Shown here piece after piece: positions 1 through 8,256 of a stretch of 14,047 nucleotides of DNA. Location of the stretch: NCBI GenBank assembly GCA_050178385.1, contig JBFXGD010000087.1, positions 1 to 14,047 on the forward strand. The letters are read 5' to 3'. A program made the position numbers and the translations under genes. The notes beneath the pieces are model-generated. The model saw only the letters and a list, made by a program, of their open reading frames with translations. It was not told where the DNA came from and made no database searches. The DNA is from Calditrichaceae bacterium. Its GTDB lineage: Bacteria > Calditrichota > Calditrichia > Calditrichales > JBFXGD01. Position 1 is the first letter of the stretch; each line of letters starts with the position of its first letter.

Positions 1-309
1 AAAGATGACAATGAGCGGCCTTACTTTACAAAGATCTTCATCCTTGCAAACGCTCATTATTCGATGCTTATTGATTCATTCACCTTTAAAGATGACGAAT
101 ACATTTCTATTTTACCAAAACAAATACTTGAACTGATTGAAAAAAGAACACGGATTCCTGAAGAGATTCACTCTCTCAAGCCGGAAATTTTTCAACTTCT
201 TATACCGTTAACTCAATATCTGGAGATTCGACAAGTCGCCCTTGAATCCTCCCCCCTCGTGGAATCGATCCATGAGCGTATATTTCAATCACTGGAAAAT
301 ATAAAATAA
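1..309 (+). CDS. 3' part of a hypothetical protein (truncated by the window edge)
   Basis: Frame 1 is open from base 1 (KDDNERPYFTKIFILANAHYS) into the listed 64..309 ORF and ends at TAA 307-309, 21 nt before the next gene. No family recognised. Confidence 0.6.
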   Translation, partial: KDDNERPYFTKIFILANAHYSMLIDSFTFKDDEYISILPKQILELIEKRTRIPEEIHSLKPEIFQLLIPLTQYLEIRQVALESSPLVESIHERIFQSLENIK

Positions 310-330
310 ACAAAATATGAGGGAAAAGTA

Positions 331-801
331 ATGAAGACATTAAGAGATTTACTCGATGTGGCCATCCAGCAGGAGATCAATTCACAGGATCTTTACAGAA
401 AAGGGTTAAAAGTTATTAAAGATCCTGAGAGCCAAAAATTTCTGAAAGAACTTGTTAAAGAAGAGGAAGAGCACGAAAAAATGCTTTACAATATCAAGGA
501 AACCGGTCTATATGATCTGGATGTGGTCGTTAAAGATGATTCCATTTTTAAGAGCGGAGAATCTTCTCATGATGTTCAGGACGAGGCTTTTAAGGAAGAC
601 TGGACGATGGAAGAAATACTGAATCTTGCCCTAAAACGTGAATACCGGGCGAATCAGATATTTGTTGCCGCATCCAAGACAGCAAGGGATACAGAACTGA
701 TTACTTTGCTTAAAAATCTGGCTGAAGAAGAGATCAACCATCATAAAAACATCGAGAAAAAGTATAAAATCCAGACCGGATCATTCGGACCGGAGATATA
801 G
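331..801 (+). CDS. Ferritin-like / rubrerythrin-family diiron protein without a rubredoxin domain
   Basis: Duplicated helix-pair pattern AIQQE...EEEEH and ALKRE...EEINH gives two E + ExxH ligand sets. No CxxC rubredoxin tail. GAGGGA RBS at 319-324. Confidence 0.85.
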   Translation: MKTLRDLLDVAIQQEINSQDLYRKGLKVIKDPESQKFLKELVKEEEEHEKMLYNIKETGLYDLDVVVKDDSIFKSGESSHDVQDEAFKEDWTMEEILNLALKREYRANQIFVAASKTARDTELITLLKNLAEEEINHHKNIEKKYKIQTGSFGPEI

Positions 802-826
802 TCAGGGGAATATATATACCTGACTA
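799..826 (+). terminator. Stem-loop overlapping the stop codon of the ferritin-like gene (possible terminator or mRNA 3' stabiliser)
   Basis: TAGTCAGG (799-806) pairs with CCTGACTA (819-826) around a 12-nt loop. No U-tract follows. Confidence 0.35.
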
Positions 827-1229
827 GCAGAATCCAGGACAAAGGAACCGCGGGAATAACATACGGAATGGAAGATTTAGCACGAAATATTTTTTGTATG
901 TACCAGTGAAATTCCCCTTTTATCTTGTCTGACATTTTTATTTCCGGAATTAGATCACAATGTTTTTAGTAAAATAATAGTCATGATCTGATTAAATGAT
1001 TGAATTTCTCTGCATATATTTTCTATTTTACAATGATCCGGAATAGAAAGATCACACTGGATTCAGACGAAAAATAGATATGTGGGATAGCCTACTTCCA
1101 GACCGCGTCTGTTTCTGAAAAATACATAAAATTACACTCGGAGCCGCTGGCTTGACACTTTTGCTTATTCGCCAATTTCGCGCAAAGAGATTCATTCTCG
1201 CTTCGCGTTCTATCCTGTTTTCGCTCATT

Positions 1230-1805
1230 TTACAATTGGAAAAAATAGATGTCTCGTTTACCTATGATTATACCAAGCGGTATACCAATTATTGCTCCTA
1301 AAAAACCTCCTGCAAACGAATAATAAACGGCAACCTCTGTTCTGGGAGCCGGATCTTCTCCATCTAAATTAGCATTGTAGCCTATAAATCCACCAATCCC
1401 CATACCAAGTGCCGCCCCTGCAAACAAGCCATCCTTACCTCCCCTAAACCGGCTTTTAAACTCCACTTTCTCTATATCGTTATTGGCGATCATCCTATTT
1501 TCTGCCAATATTGATATATTAGAATTGTGCTCAATTGTTGCTTTATCTGATTCATGACCGATCAGATTAATGGAAGTAGAATCCTTAAGAATTTTTAATT
1601 TATTTCCAACATAAATATTACCATTCTTTAAAAAAATTTTAATCCGGCCATCACTACCCCGGTTATTAAGTGAATGAATCTCTGCTTTTTGGGATGAAAC
1701 ATCGTTAAAATTAATATGGTGGGTATATGTACAGCCTAATATTAAAGCCCAAAACAGGAAGCATGAAAATAGTAGGTAGAAATACATATTAATTTGGGGG
1801 AACAT
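1230..1805 (-). CDS. Putative lipoprotein with two C-terminal glycine-zipper-like hydrophobic segments
   Basis: Hydrophobic N-terminus ending in lipobox-like LILG-C. C-terminal GLFAGAALGMGIGGFIG and FAGGFLGAIIGIPLGIIIG. The true start could be the second Met (MYFYLL). Confidence 0.65.
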   Translation of the reverse strand: MFPQINMYFYLLFSCFLFWALILGCTYTHHINFNDVSSQKAEIHSLNNRGSDGRIKIFLKNGNIYVGNKLKILKDSTSINLIGHESDKATIEHNSNISILAENRMIANNDIEKVEFKSRFRGGKDGLFAGAALGMGIGGFIGYNANLDGEDPAPRTEVAVYYSFAGGFLGAIIGIPLGIIIGKRDIYFFQL

Positions 1806-1864
1806 GTTTTTTTTCCTTAATCATGTCTTCGCTAAAATTTATCTCATTTGTCTAAATGATCATT

Positions 1865-2320
1865 TTATTGACCCGCTAACTCTATTTCCATCTCCAGACT
1901 TCCCCAGGACCTCGATGGACAGCCTCCCTCAGAATACTTGTAATTCACATCCAGTGTATAGAGCGAATCCCTGAAGCCTTCCGCGGACGCTACAAAACTG
2001 TATTTACCCGGTTGAGTGCCAAAAGAACAGGGAACTTCGCAAATCAGCGTGCTGTCCCGCAGAATAACATTTGATGACTGATCCATTAGAATATTAAGAT
2101 CAGCCTCAATCCCGTCAATTCTTATAGAGTAAAGCTCTATGCTGTCAATTCCCTGCAGGGTCGCGGCATCTTTCACAGCAATCACACTAAGGATCGGTTC
2201 TTCATATATATGCACACACGGGCCCGCAGAGTCATTGTCACAGGAGATTATTAAAATATAAATTGTCAAACAAATCAACAAAGCCTTCCAGGAAAGCAAC
2301 TCATGATAATAACATTTCAT
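1865..2320 (-). CDS. Putative lipoprotein with a beta-rich (PEGA/carboxypeptidase-regulatory-like) domain
   Basis: Signal ends in LIIS-C followed by DNDS. VKDAATLQGI and PGKYSFVASAEGF resemble CarboxypepD_reg/PEGA-like beta-sandwich motifs. The mature part has four further Cys. Confidence 0.65.
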   Translation of the reverse strand: MKCYYHELLSWKALLICLTIYILIISCDNDSAGPCVHIYEEPILSVIAVKDAATLQGIDSIELYSIRIDGIEADLNILMDQSSNVILRDSTLICEVPCSFGTQPGKYSFVASAEGFRDSLYTLDVNYKYSEGGCPSRSWGSLEMEIELAGQ

Positions 2321-2400
2321 TTTTTTAATCTCACTGAAAAAGGATGGTCATCAGTTTCAATTTTTTAAATAAAGCATACTGAAAATATGGCAGCTAACAA

Positions 2401-2430
2401 ATAATATACTATTGCTCATCTTAAATGCAA
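2401..2430 (-). promoter_or_regulatory. Candidate sigma70-type promoter for the lipoprotein pair
   Basis: Minus strand TTGCAT (2430-2425), then TATATT at 16-nt or TATTAT at 18-nt spacing, ~80 nt upstream of the ATG at 2320. The region is AT-rich, so a chance match is possible. Confidence 0.35.
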
Positions 2431-2598
2431 AACAGAAAAAAAACAAAACTTTTCAGATAAATCATAATTCCCCAACCGATGCGCCTTCACTGTATCTACT
2501 GGTAACCAGGAATGTTCTCACCCGGTCCATATTGATCATTTTTTCACTTATTTGAATTTTCTTGTAAAGATCATTTAACAAAAGTCGAGATTAAGAAT

Positions 2599-2617
2599 AA
2601 GTTAACACCGTTAACTT
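2599..2617. promoter_or_regulatory. Perfect 8-3-8 inverted repeat AAGTTAAC-ACC-GTTAACTT, candidate transcription-factor operator
   Basis: Read directly from the sequence. It lies in the divergent intergenic region, ~130 nt upstream of the T9SS gene start. Confidence 0.45.
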
Positions 2618-2744
2618 GATTTAATAAAAATGCTAATCGAATAGATATAAGTACAATCTCACTACAAGGTAAAATAATTTTTTCCTTTTATAAATTTCCA
2701 TACAAATAAATACGGCAGAATTATTTAATCTTAAGGAGAAGTGT

Positions 2745-5204
2745 ATGTACAAATTTTTACTGGTATTATTTCTGACTTCTTTTGCGCTCGCATCATCTAT
2801 CGATGTTTCCGGAACGATTGCAACCGATTCAGTGTGGGAGGCTGACACAGTTTTTGTCAAAGGTGATATTTTAATCGAAAACGGTGTTCATCTGAGCATC
2901 AATCCCGGTACGACTATTATTGCGGAAGGATTCTACAAGATTGACGTCCAGGGTTCAGTTCAAGCGGTCGGCACCTCCGTCGACTCGATTAAATTTACAG
3001 CATCCAACACAACCGAAGGGTGGAACAGAATTCTGTTCTCCGGAACGCCTGTTTCAAATGACAGTTCCTTGTTTGATTACTGCATTATTGAATACGGCAA
3101 ACCATTTACTAATTCAAATAATCCGGACGGTGGCGCTTTTTACATCACTGGCTTTTCAAAACTGAGTATTCGTCATTCCGATATTCGTCTTAATCACGGA
3201 AGTAATGCCGCAATTATTATTGATAATAGTTCCGTTCTCATTGAGAACTGCAGCATTCATGATAATAACAATTACGGTATGCTGATCGGTGGCAGTGGTT
3301 CCCTACCCGGGATTTACAATAATAAAATATTTGACAATTCAGGATCAGGCGTTTATACCGGATACTCAAATCAGGCGGATTTTGTAAACAACCTGATATT
3401 CAACAATTCCGGTTATGGGATATACAGCTATCAGTCAAATTCACGTTTTATTAACAATACTATAGTGGAAAATCAAGACGGAGGAATTAATTTCCGGATG
3501 AATTCGGTAAATGACCTGTACAATAACATTATTTATGGCAATGTGGGCACACAGGTTCAATTAGAAACTACCTGTGATCCTAATTTTTACAATTGCAATA
3601 TACAGGGCGGTACAGAAAATTTTAACGGTGACGGCGCCGGAGTCGAATATACGGGCGCTTACAGCAATTGTCTTGATAATGATCCACTCTTTATGAATAG
3701 TGAAGATGATCCTTATGCCCTCCAGGAGCTCTCTCCCTGCCGGGATAGGGGATATAACGGTATTTATGATGCTTCCCTGCCGGCGCTTGATCTATCCGGC
3801 AAACAACGGCTAAGCAACAGATTGATCGATATCGGCGCGTATGAATATTATATCAAAACAGATATCGTTTCAGGAGTATGGTCAAAAGAAAATTCACCAT
3901 ATCTGATAGACGGAAATCTCTTTATTGAAGACGGTAGCACACTGACCATCGAACCCGGCGTCGAGATAATATTCCAGGGATTTTTCCAGATCGATGTGCA
4001 GGGAACTCTTATCGCGGAAGGGACGGAGAGTGATTCAATTAAATTCACCGCGGCCAATCAGCAGGAAGGCTGGAGCCGGATTGTTTTTATTAATACTCCC
4101 GCGAACAATGACACATCGGTTTTTTCCTACTGTATTGTGGAATACGGAAATCCTTGGAGAAATCTTGACAATAGCAATAAGGATGGAGGGGCGTTTTACA
4201 TTACAGGATTTTCAAAACTCAGTATTCGGCATTCCGATATTCGTTATAATCATGGCGTCAATACAGCCGTCTATATGGATAATAGCTCCCCCGTTATCGA
4301 AAACTGCGGCATTCATGATAATTTTAGCTATGGTATGTTGATTGGTGGAAGCGATTCCCAACCGAAAATTTTCAACAATAAAATATTTAACAATTCATCA
4401 GCCGGCGTTTATACCGGATACTCCAATCAGGCGGATTTTGTCAATAATCTAATATTCAATAATTCCGGTTATGGGATATACAGCTATCAATCCAATTCAC
4501 GTTTTATTAACAATACAATAGTGGGAAATCAAAACGGAGGAATTAATTTCCGGGCGAATTCGGTAAACGATTTGTACAATAACATTATTTATGGAAATGC
4601 AGGCACACAGGTTCAATTAGAAACCACCTGTGATCCTGATTTTTACTACTGCGACATTGAAGATGATTCTTCAGGTTTCAGCGGTGACGGAGCCGGAACT
4701 GAATATAGCGGGATTTATTCCAATTGCCTGGACGTCAACCCGGAATTCGCGGATTCACTGCTCTACAACCTTTCGGAAGGTTCCGGGTGTATCGATGCCG
4801 GAACGCCGGATACAACCGGATTAAATTTGTATCCATTAGCGATAAACGGTGTTGACAGAGTTTACGGTAACCGGATTGACATCGGCGCCAGCGAATTCGG
4901 AATTCCTACCGCGATTCAAGATGACGGCTTTATGATAGCCGATTTTAAATTAAATCAAAATTATCCGAACCCGTTTAATCCGGAAACGACCATTAAATAC
5001 TCTATCTCCCGACCGGGCCATGTTAATGTAATTGTTTATAACATCCTTGGTCAAACTGTGGCGCGCCTGGTCGACAGAAATCAGGCCACCGGAAGCTACC
5101 AGGTAAAATTTGACGGTTCAAATCTCTCAAGCGGACTCTATTTTTATAGACTTTCCGTTGATAACCGCGAAAGTTCGATTAGAAAAATGATGCTGATAAA
5201 GTAA
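2745..5204 (+). CDS. Secreted right-handed parallel beta-helix repeat protein with T9SS type A C-terminal sorting domain
   Basis: AAGGAG RBS at 2733-2738 and a Sec signal (MYKFLLVLFLTSFALA). Beta-helix repeats (IENCSIHDN, NNLIFNN, INNTIV.N) occur in two modules ending DIGAYE and DIGASE. The CTD reads LNQNYPNPFNPETTIKY...LSSGLYFYRL...RKMMLIK. Confidence 0.9.
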   Translation: MYKFLLVLFLTSFALASSIDVSGTIATDSVWEADTVFVKGDILIENGVHLSINPGTTIIAEGFYKIDVQGSVQAVGTSVDSIKFTASNTTEGWNRILFSGTPVSNDSSLFDYCIIEYGKPFTNSNNPDGGAFYITGFSKLSIRHSDIRLNHGSNAAIIIDNSSVLIENCSIHDNNNYGMLIGGSGSLPGIYNNKIFDNSGSGVYTGYSNQADFVNNLIFNNSGYGIYSYQSNSRFINNTIVENQDGGINFRMNSVNDLYNNIIYGNVGTQVQLETTCDPNFYNCNIQGGTENFNGDGAGVEYTGAYSNCLDNDPLFMNSEDDPYALQELSPCRDRGYNGIYDASLPALDLSGKQRLSNRLIDIGAYEYYIKTDIVSGVWSKENSPYLIDGNLFIEDGSTLTIEPGVEIIFQGFFQIDVQGTLIAEGTESDSIKFTAANQQEGWSRIVFINTPANNDTSVFSYCIVEYGNPWRNLDNSNKDGGAFYITGFSKLSIRHSDIRYNHGVNTAVYMDNSSPVIENCGIHDNFSYGMLIGGSDSQPKIFNNKIFNNSSAGVYTGYSNQADFVNNLIFNNSGYGIYSYQSNSRFINNTIVGNQNGGINFRANSVNDLYNNIIYGNAGTQVQLETTCDPDFYYCDIEDDSSGFSGDGAGTEYSGIYSNCLDVNPEFADSLLYNLSEGSGCIDAGTPDTTGLNLYPLAINGVDRVYGNRIDIGASEFGIPTAIQDDGFMIADFKLNQNYPNPFNPETTIKYSISRPGHVNVIVYNILGQTVARLVDRNQATGSYQVKFDGSNLSSGLYFYRLSVDNRESSIRKMMLIK
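2805..4895 (+). repeat. Intragenic tandem duplication: module 1 ~2805-3845, module 2 ~3867-4895
   Basis: Both copies share DSIKFTA, DGGAFYITGFSKLSIRHSDIR and GVYTGYSNQADFVNNLIFNNSGYGIYSYQSNSRFINNTIV. Cores 3348-3590 and 4404-4646 align without gaps at offset 1056 nt, with 21 mismatches in 243 nt by manual count. Confidence 0.95.
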
Positions 5205-5226
5205 TAAGAGACCTGATATAAACTTC

Positions 5227-5257
5227 AAACGGCAATCCTTTCAGATTGCCGTTTTTT
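5227..5257 (+). terminator. Rho-independent terminator after the T9SS gene (possibly bidirectional with convergent yjjG)
   Basis: AAACGGCAATC-ctttca-GATTGCCGTTT 11-bp stem running into a T6 tract, 22 nt after the stop codon. Confidence 0.85.
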
Positions 5258-5289
5258 ATTTTAAACTTATATTTATTTCAACTATCAGC

Positions 5290-5970
5290 TTAGAGTAATG
5301 AAATCAGTTCATCCAGATTCCTGATTTCAAAATTAATTGAATTTCCCGAATTATTTTCGATACCGGAGGGATTGAACCAGCAGGTATCGATGCCATAATT
5401 TGAGCCACCGGCCATGTCAGATGTCAGGCTGTCACCCACCAGTAGAACATCTTTCCGGTCCGGATGATTCAGAATTTTAAAGACTATATCGAAAATACGT
5501 TTATCGGGTTTAGCGAAACCAACTTCTTCGGAAATAATCACATCATTAAAATAATGACCAATCGTGGAATTTGATATTCTCGGCCGCTGAACATTCTTCA
5601 AACCGTTTGTGATTAAAAAAAGCTGATATTTGGCGGAAAGATATTTTAATACATTTTCAGAGCCGTCAATCAAATCCGTCCCCTGAGCGAGATAGTTCAG
5701 ATAAACCCTGCTAAAACTGACCGGATCAATCGGTATGCCTGTTTCCGTACCCAATTGTTCAAATCGTTTCACCTTAAGATCAACCTGTGTGACATTACCG
5801 GTCTCATACTGACGCCAAAGAGCGGAGTTCAGGTTTCTGTATAACTGCAAATATGACGTTTCATACGCGAATCCAAACTTTACAAATGCAGCTTTCAGGG
5901 CTTTCGTTTCCGCTTTGTCATAGTCAAACAAAGTACCGTCTAAGTCGAACAGGATATATTTGTACGCCAT
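5290..5970 (-). CDS. yjjG: YjjG-family HAD-superfamily pyrimidine 5'-nucleotidase
   Basis: HAD motifs: I FDLDGTLFD, II LITNG, III KPD, IV VGDSLTSD. YjjG-like IISEEVGFAKPD and GIDTCWFNP. Confidence 0.85.
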   Translation of the reverse strand: MAYKYILFDLDGTLFDYDKAETKALKAAFVKFGFAYETSYLQLYRNLNSALWRQYETGNVTQVDLKVKRFEQLGTETGIPIDPVSFSRVYLNYLAQGTDLIDGSENVLKYLSAKYQLFLITNGLKNVQRPRISNSTIGHYFNDVIISEEVGFAKPDKRIFDIVFKILNHPDRKDVLLVGDSLTSDMAGGSNYGIDTCWFNPSGIENNSGNSINFEIRNLDELISLL

Positions 5971-6034
5971 TCATAATTCCCGTGTTATTTGGAATCGTAA
6001 TAAATCTGTCTCCGCAAATACTAAGTGGAAAATC

Positions 6035-6826
6035 TTATAAGGAATCGAGAAATTTCACATAGGAATCGTATCTGATTTCGGAAATTTCACCATCGTTCAC
6101 AGCTTGTTTGACAGCGCATTTAAGCTCTGTCAGATGCAGACAATCCCGGAATTTACAAAATTGATCAAATTCGCGGAACTCACGAAAATAAAACCGGGCC
6201 TCATCCCGGTGAATATCAATAAAATCGATCAACTTAATTCCCGGAAGATCTAACACCTCTGTATCTTTGTCAAGTTTATAAATTTTAAGGCTGGTGGTTG
6301 TATGACGCCCCTTGTTGGTAAGATCGCTCACTTCACCGGTCTCAATCTCAAGATCCGGTGAAATCCTGTTTAGCAAACTGCTTTTTCCCACACCGGAATG
6401 CCCGGCAAACGCTGAACGGTGTCCTTTCATCAGACTGTGAAGTTCTTCAATTCCCTCACCGGTCACAGCCGATGTGGCAATCGTCGAATAACCTATATCT
6501 GTGTACAAACTGACAAAAGAATCAATTTCCGTTCGGTCTTCAAGTAAATCAGTTTTATTCAGACAAATAATCGGTTCTACCTCTTCCAACTCGGCAAGCA
6601 CGAGAAACCGGTCTATCAGGCCGGACTTAAAAGGAGGAGATACAAAGGATGAAACGATCAGAATGCGATCCAGATTTGGCGCCAGATGCCGAATATAGGG
6701 TATTCTTTTTTCAAGATATTTTGGCAGGTCTTTTCCGTGGATAATCTCTTTTTTCTCTTTGCGGTCCTGTTTCTCCCTTAAAAAATACTGGATTTTCTTT
6801 TGTTGACGTTTTGTAATGTTTTTCAT
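6035..6826 (-). CDS. rsgA: Ribosome small subunit-dependent GTPase A (circularly permuted GTPase), apparently lacking the OB-fold domain
   Basis: Permuted motif order G4 NKTD, G5 TSA, G1 GHSGVGKS, G2 GRHTT, G3 DLPG. C-terminal Zn site CKFRDCLHLTELKC, then the RYDSY tail. Confidence 0.9.
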   Translation of the reverse strand: MKNITKRQQKKIQYFLREKQDRKEKKEIIHGKDLPKYLEKRIPYIRHLAPNLDRILIVSSFVSPPFKSGLIDRFLVLAELEEVEPIICLNKTDLLEDRTEIDSFVSLYTDIGYSTIATSAVTGEGIEELHSLMKGHRSAFAGHSGVGKSSLLNRISPDLEIETGEVSDLTNKGRHTTTSLKIYKLDKDTEVLDLPGIKLIDFIDIHRDEARFYFREFREFDQFCKFRDCLHLTELKCAVKQAVNDGEISEIRYDSYVKFLDSL

Positions 6827-6834
6827 ACGCTCTA

Positions 6835-8151
6835 TTATAAGTTTTTTTTATCAAGATAATCAAGTATCATCTTTTCCCGTGATACCGGTGTATCCGAACA
6901 AGATACCGCCGCGGAAAGCCGCTCAACAGCCGATTGAACCACATGTTCTTTATCGGTGTAAACCGTCATCAGCTTATCACCCTTTATGACTTTATCGCCC
7001 GTTTTTCTATTCAATATAATCCCGGCTTTGGGATCGATAATATCTTCTGATTTTTCTCTTCCGGCGCCCAGGGTGATTGCAGTCAGCCCAACTTCCAACG
7101 CGTTGATCCCCGAAATAAATCCTGTATTGCCGGCCAGAACATCGGATTGAAATTTTGCTTTCGGATACATCTCCGGTTTTTTCACATACGATACATCACC
7201 GTTCTGTTCCGCCACAATTTCCAGAAACTTTTCCCACGCTTTTCCGGATTTGATCATTTCCCGTGATATTTTCATACCTTCTTCAATAGACTCGGCTTTT
7301 TTACCGAGATATATCATTGTTCCGCTAAGGTAGTGTGTCACTTCCATCAAATCATCAGGACCCTCGCCTTGCATACATTCAAAGCACTCCACCATCTCCA
7401 GCCAGTTCCCAACCGTATTGCCCAATGGTTCGTTCATGTTGGTGATATAGGCAACCGTCGGTTTCCCCGCTCTTTCCCCAATGGCAATCAGGCTTTTCGC
7501 CAGTTCAACCGATTTTTCATATGACTGCATAAAAGCGCCGTTTCCCGTTTTCACATCCAGCACCAGCGCGTCAATCCCTTCGGCCAGTTTTTTACTCATA
7601 ATGCTTGCCGAAATCAGCGGAATGGACTGAATGGTCGCCGTCACATCGCGTAATGCATAAATCTTTTTATCCGCGGGGGCAAGAGATGCCGTCTGACCGA
7701 TCAGACATACGCCTGTTTTTTTAATCTTTTCACGATATTCATCAATGGAATAATCCACACGGAAACCCGGGATGCTTTGGAGTTTATCCAACGTGCCCCC
7801 TGTGTGACCAAGTCCTCGTCCCGATATCATCGGTACCGGCACACCTGCCGCCGCCACAATGGGAGCCAGAATGATTGATACCTTATCACCCACTCCACCG
7901 GTGCTGTGCTTGTCAACCTTGATACCCGGCACCTGAGTTAAATCGGCTGACTCACCTGAATGAAGCATCGTATTGGTTATTGCCAGCGTCTCCCTTGTAT
8001 TCATACCCTGCAAAAAAATAGCCATGAGCCAGGCAGCAACCTGATAATCGGGAATATCGCCCCGGGTGTATCCGTCGATCATGTAACTGATTTCCTGATC
8101 TGTTAATTCTCCCCCGTCCCGCTTCCTGCTTATAATCTCGTATGCCGTCAT
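6835..8151 (-). CDS. pdp: Pyrimidine-nucleoside (thymidine) phosphorylase
   Basis: Signatures DKHSTGGVGDK, SGRGLGHTGGTLDKL, ASIMSKK and LDVKTGNGAFM. The start is revised from 8244 to the ATG at 8151, because MTAYEIISRKRDGGEL matches the family N-terminus and GGAAAG lies upstream. Confidence 0.93.
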   Translation of the reverse strand: MTAYEIISRKRDGGELTDQEISYMIDGYTRGDIPDYQVAAWLMAIFLQGMNTRETLAITNTMLHSGESADLTQVPGIKVDKHSTGGVGDKVSIILAPIVAAAGVPVPMISGRGLGHTGGTLDKLQSIPGFRVDYSIDEYREKIKKTGVCLIGQTASLAPADKKIYALRDVTATIQSIPLISASIMSKKLAEGIDALVLDVKTGNGAFMQSYEKSVELAKSLIAIGERAGKPTVAYITNMNEPLGNTVGNWLEMVECFECMQGEGPDDLMEVTHYLSGTMIYLGKKAESIEEGMKISREMIKSGKAWEKFLEIVAEQNGDVSYVKKPEMYPKAKFQSDVLAGNTGFISGINALEVGLTAITLGAGREKSEDIIDPKAGIILNRKTGDKVIKGDKLMTVYTDKEHVVQSAVERLSAAVSCSDTPVSREKMILDYLDKKNL

Positions 8152-8256
8152 AGTATAAAATTCTTTCCGTTTATAAATATCCGTCTGATTGATGAAAAGG
8201 ATTCCCGGCCCGGTTATAATCCGGGGTTTCTTAATAAATCGCACATTGAGGATTGA

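Noticed and set aside
772..798. C-terminal QTGSFGPEI of the ferritin-like protein as an encapsulin cargo-loading peptide
   Set aside because: Poor match to the L-x-I/V-G-S-L type consensus, no linker before it, and no encapsulin gene in the window.
741..935. 64-aa minus-strand ORF
   Set aside because: It overlaps the 3' end of the ferritin-like gene in antisense, has no clear RBS and shows no recognisable motif.
1152..1180. Perfect TTGACA as a plus-strand promoter
   Set aside because: No -10 hexamer at 16-18 nt spacing, and it would point antisense into the lipoprotein gene.
2389..2398. GTTAGC (minus strand) before the lipoprotein gene as an integron attC/attI core site
   Set aside because: No complementary partner box or attC-like hairpin at suitable distance, no repetition between the two lipoprotein genes, and no integrase.
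3348..4646. Near-identical repeat pair as a diversity-generating retroelement TR/VR
   Set aside because: Mismatches are not adenine-specific (many C/T synonymous changes), both copies are in frame within one gene, and there is no reverse transcriptase in the window.
2633..4824. Short alternative-frame or antisense ORFs (2633-2860, 2920-3165, 3848-4057, 3994-4341, 4630-4824)
   Set aside because: They are shadows of the well-supported T9SS protein gene and lack protein-like features.
8152..8244. 31-aa N-terminal extension on Pdp as a second encapsulation peptide
   Set aside because: It depends on a GTG start without a clear RBS and is not amphipathic. The family N-terminus begins at ATG 8151, and the stretch contains a CCCGG-N7-CCGGG hairpin more typical of intergenic DNA.
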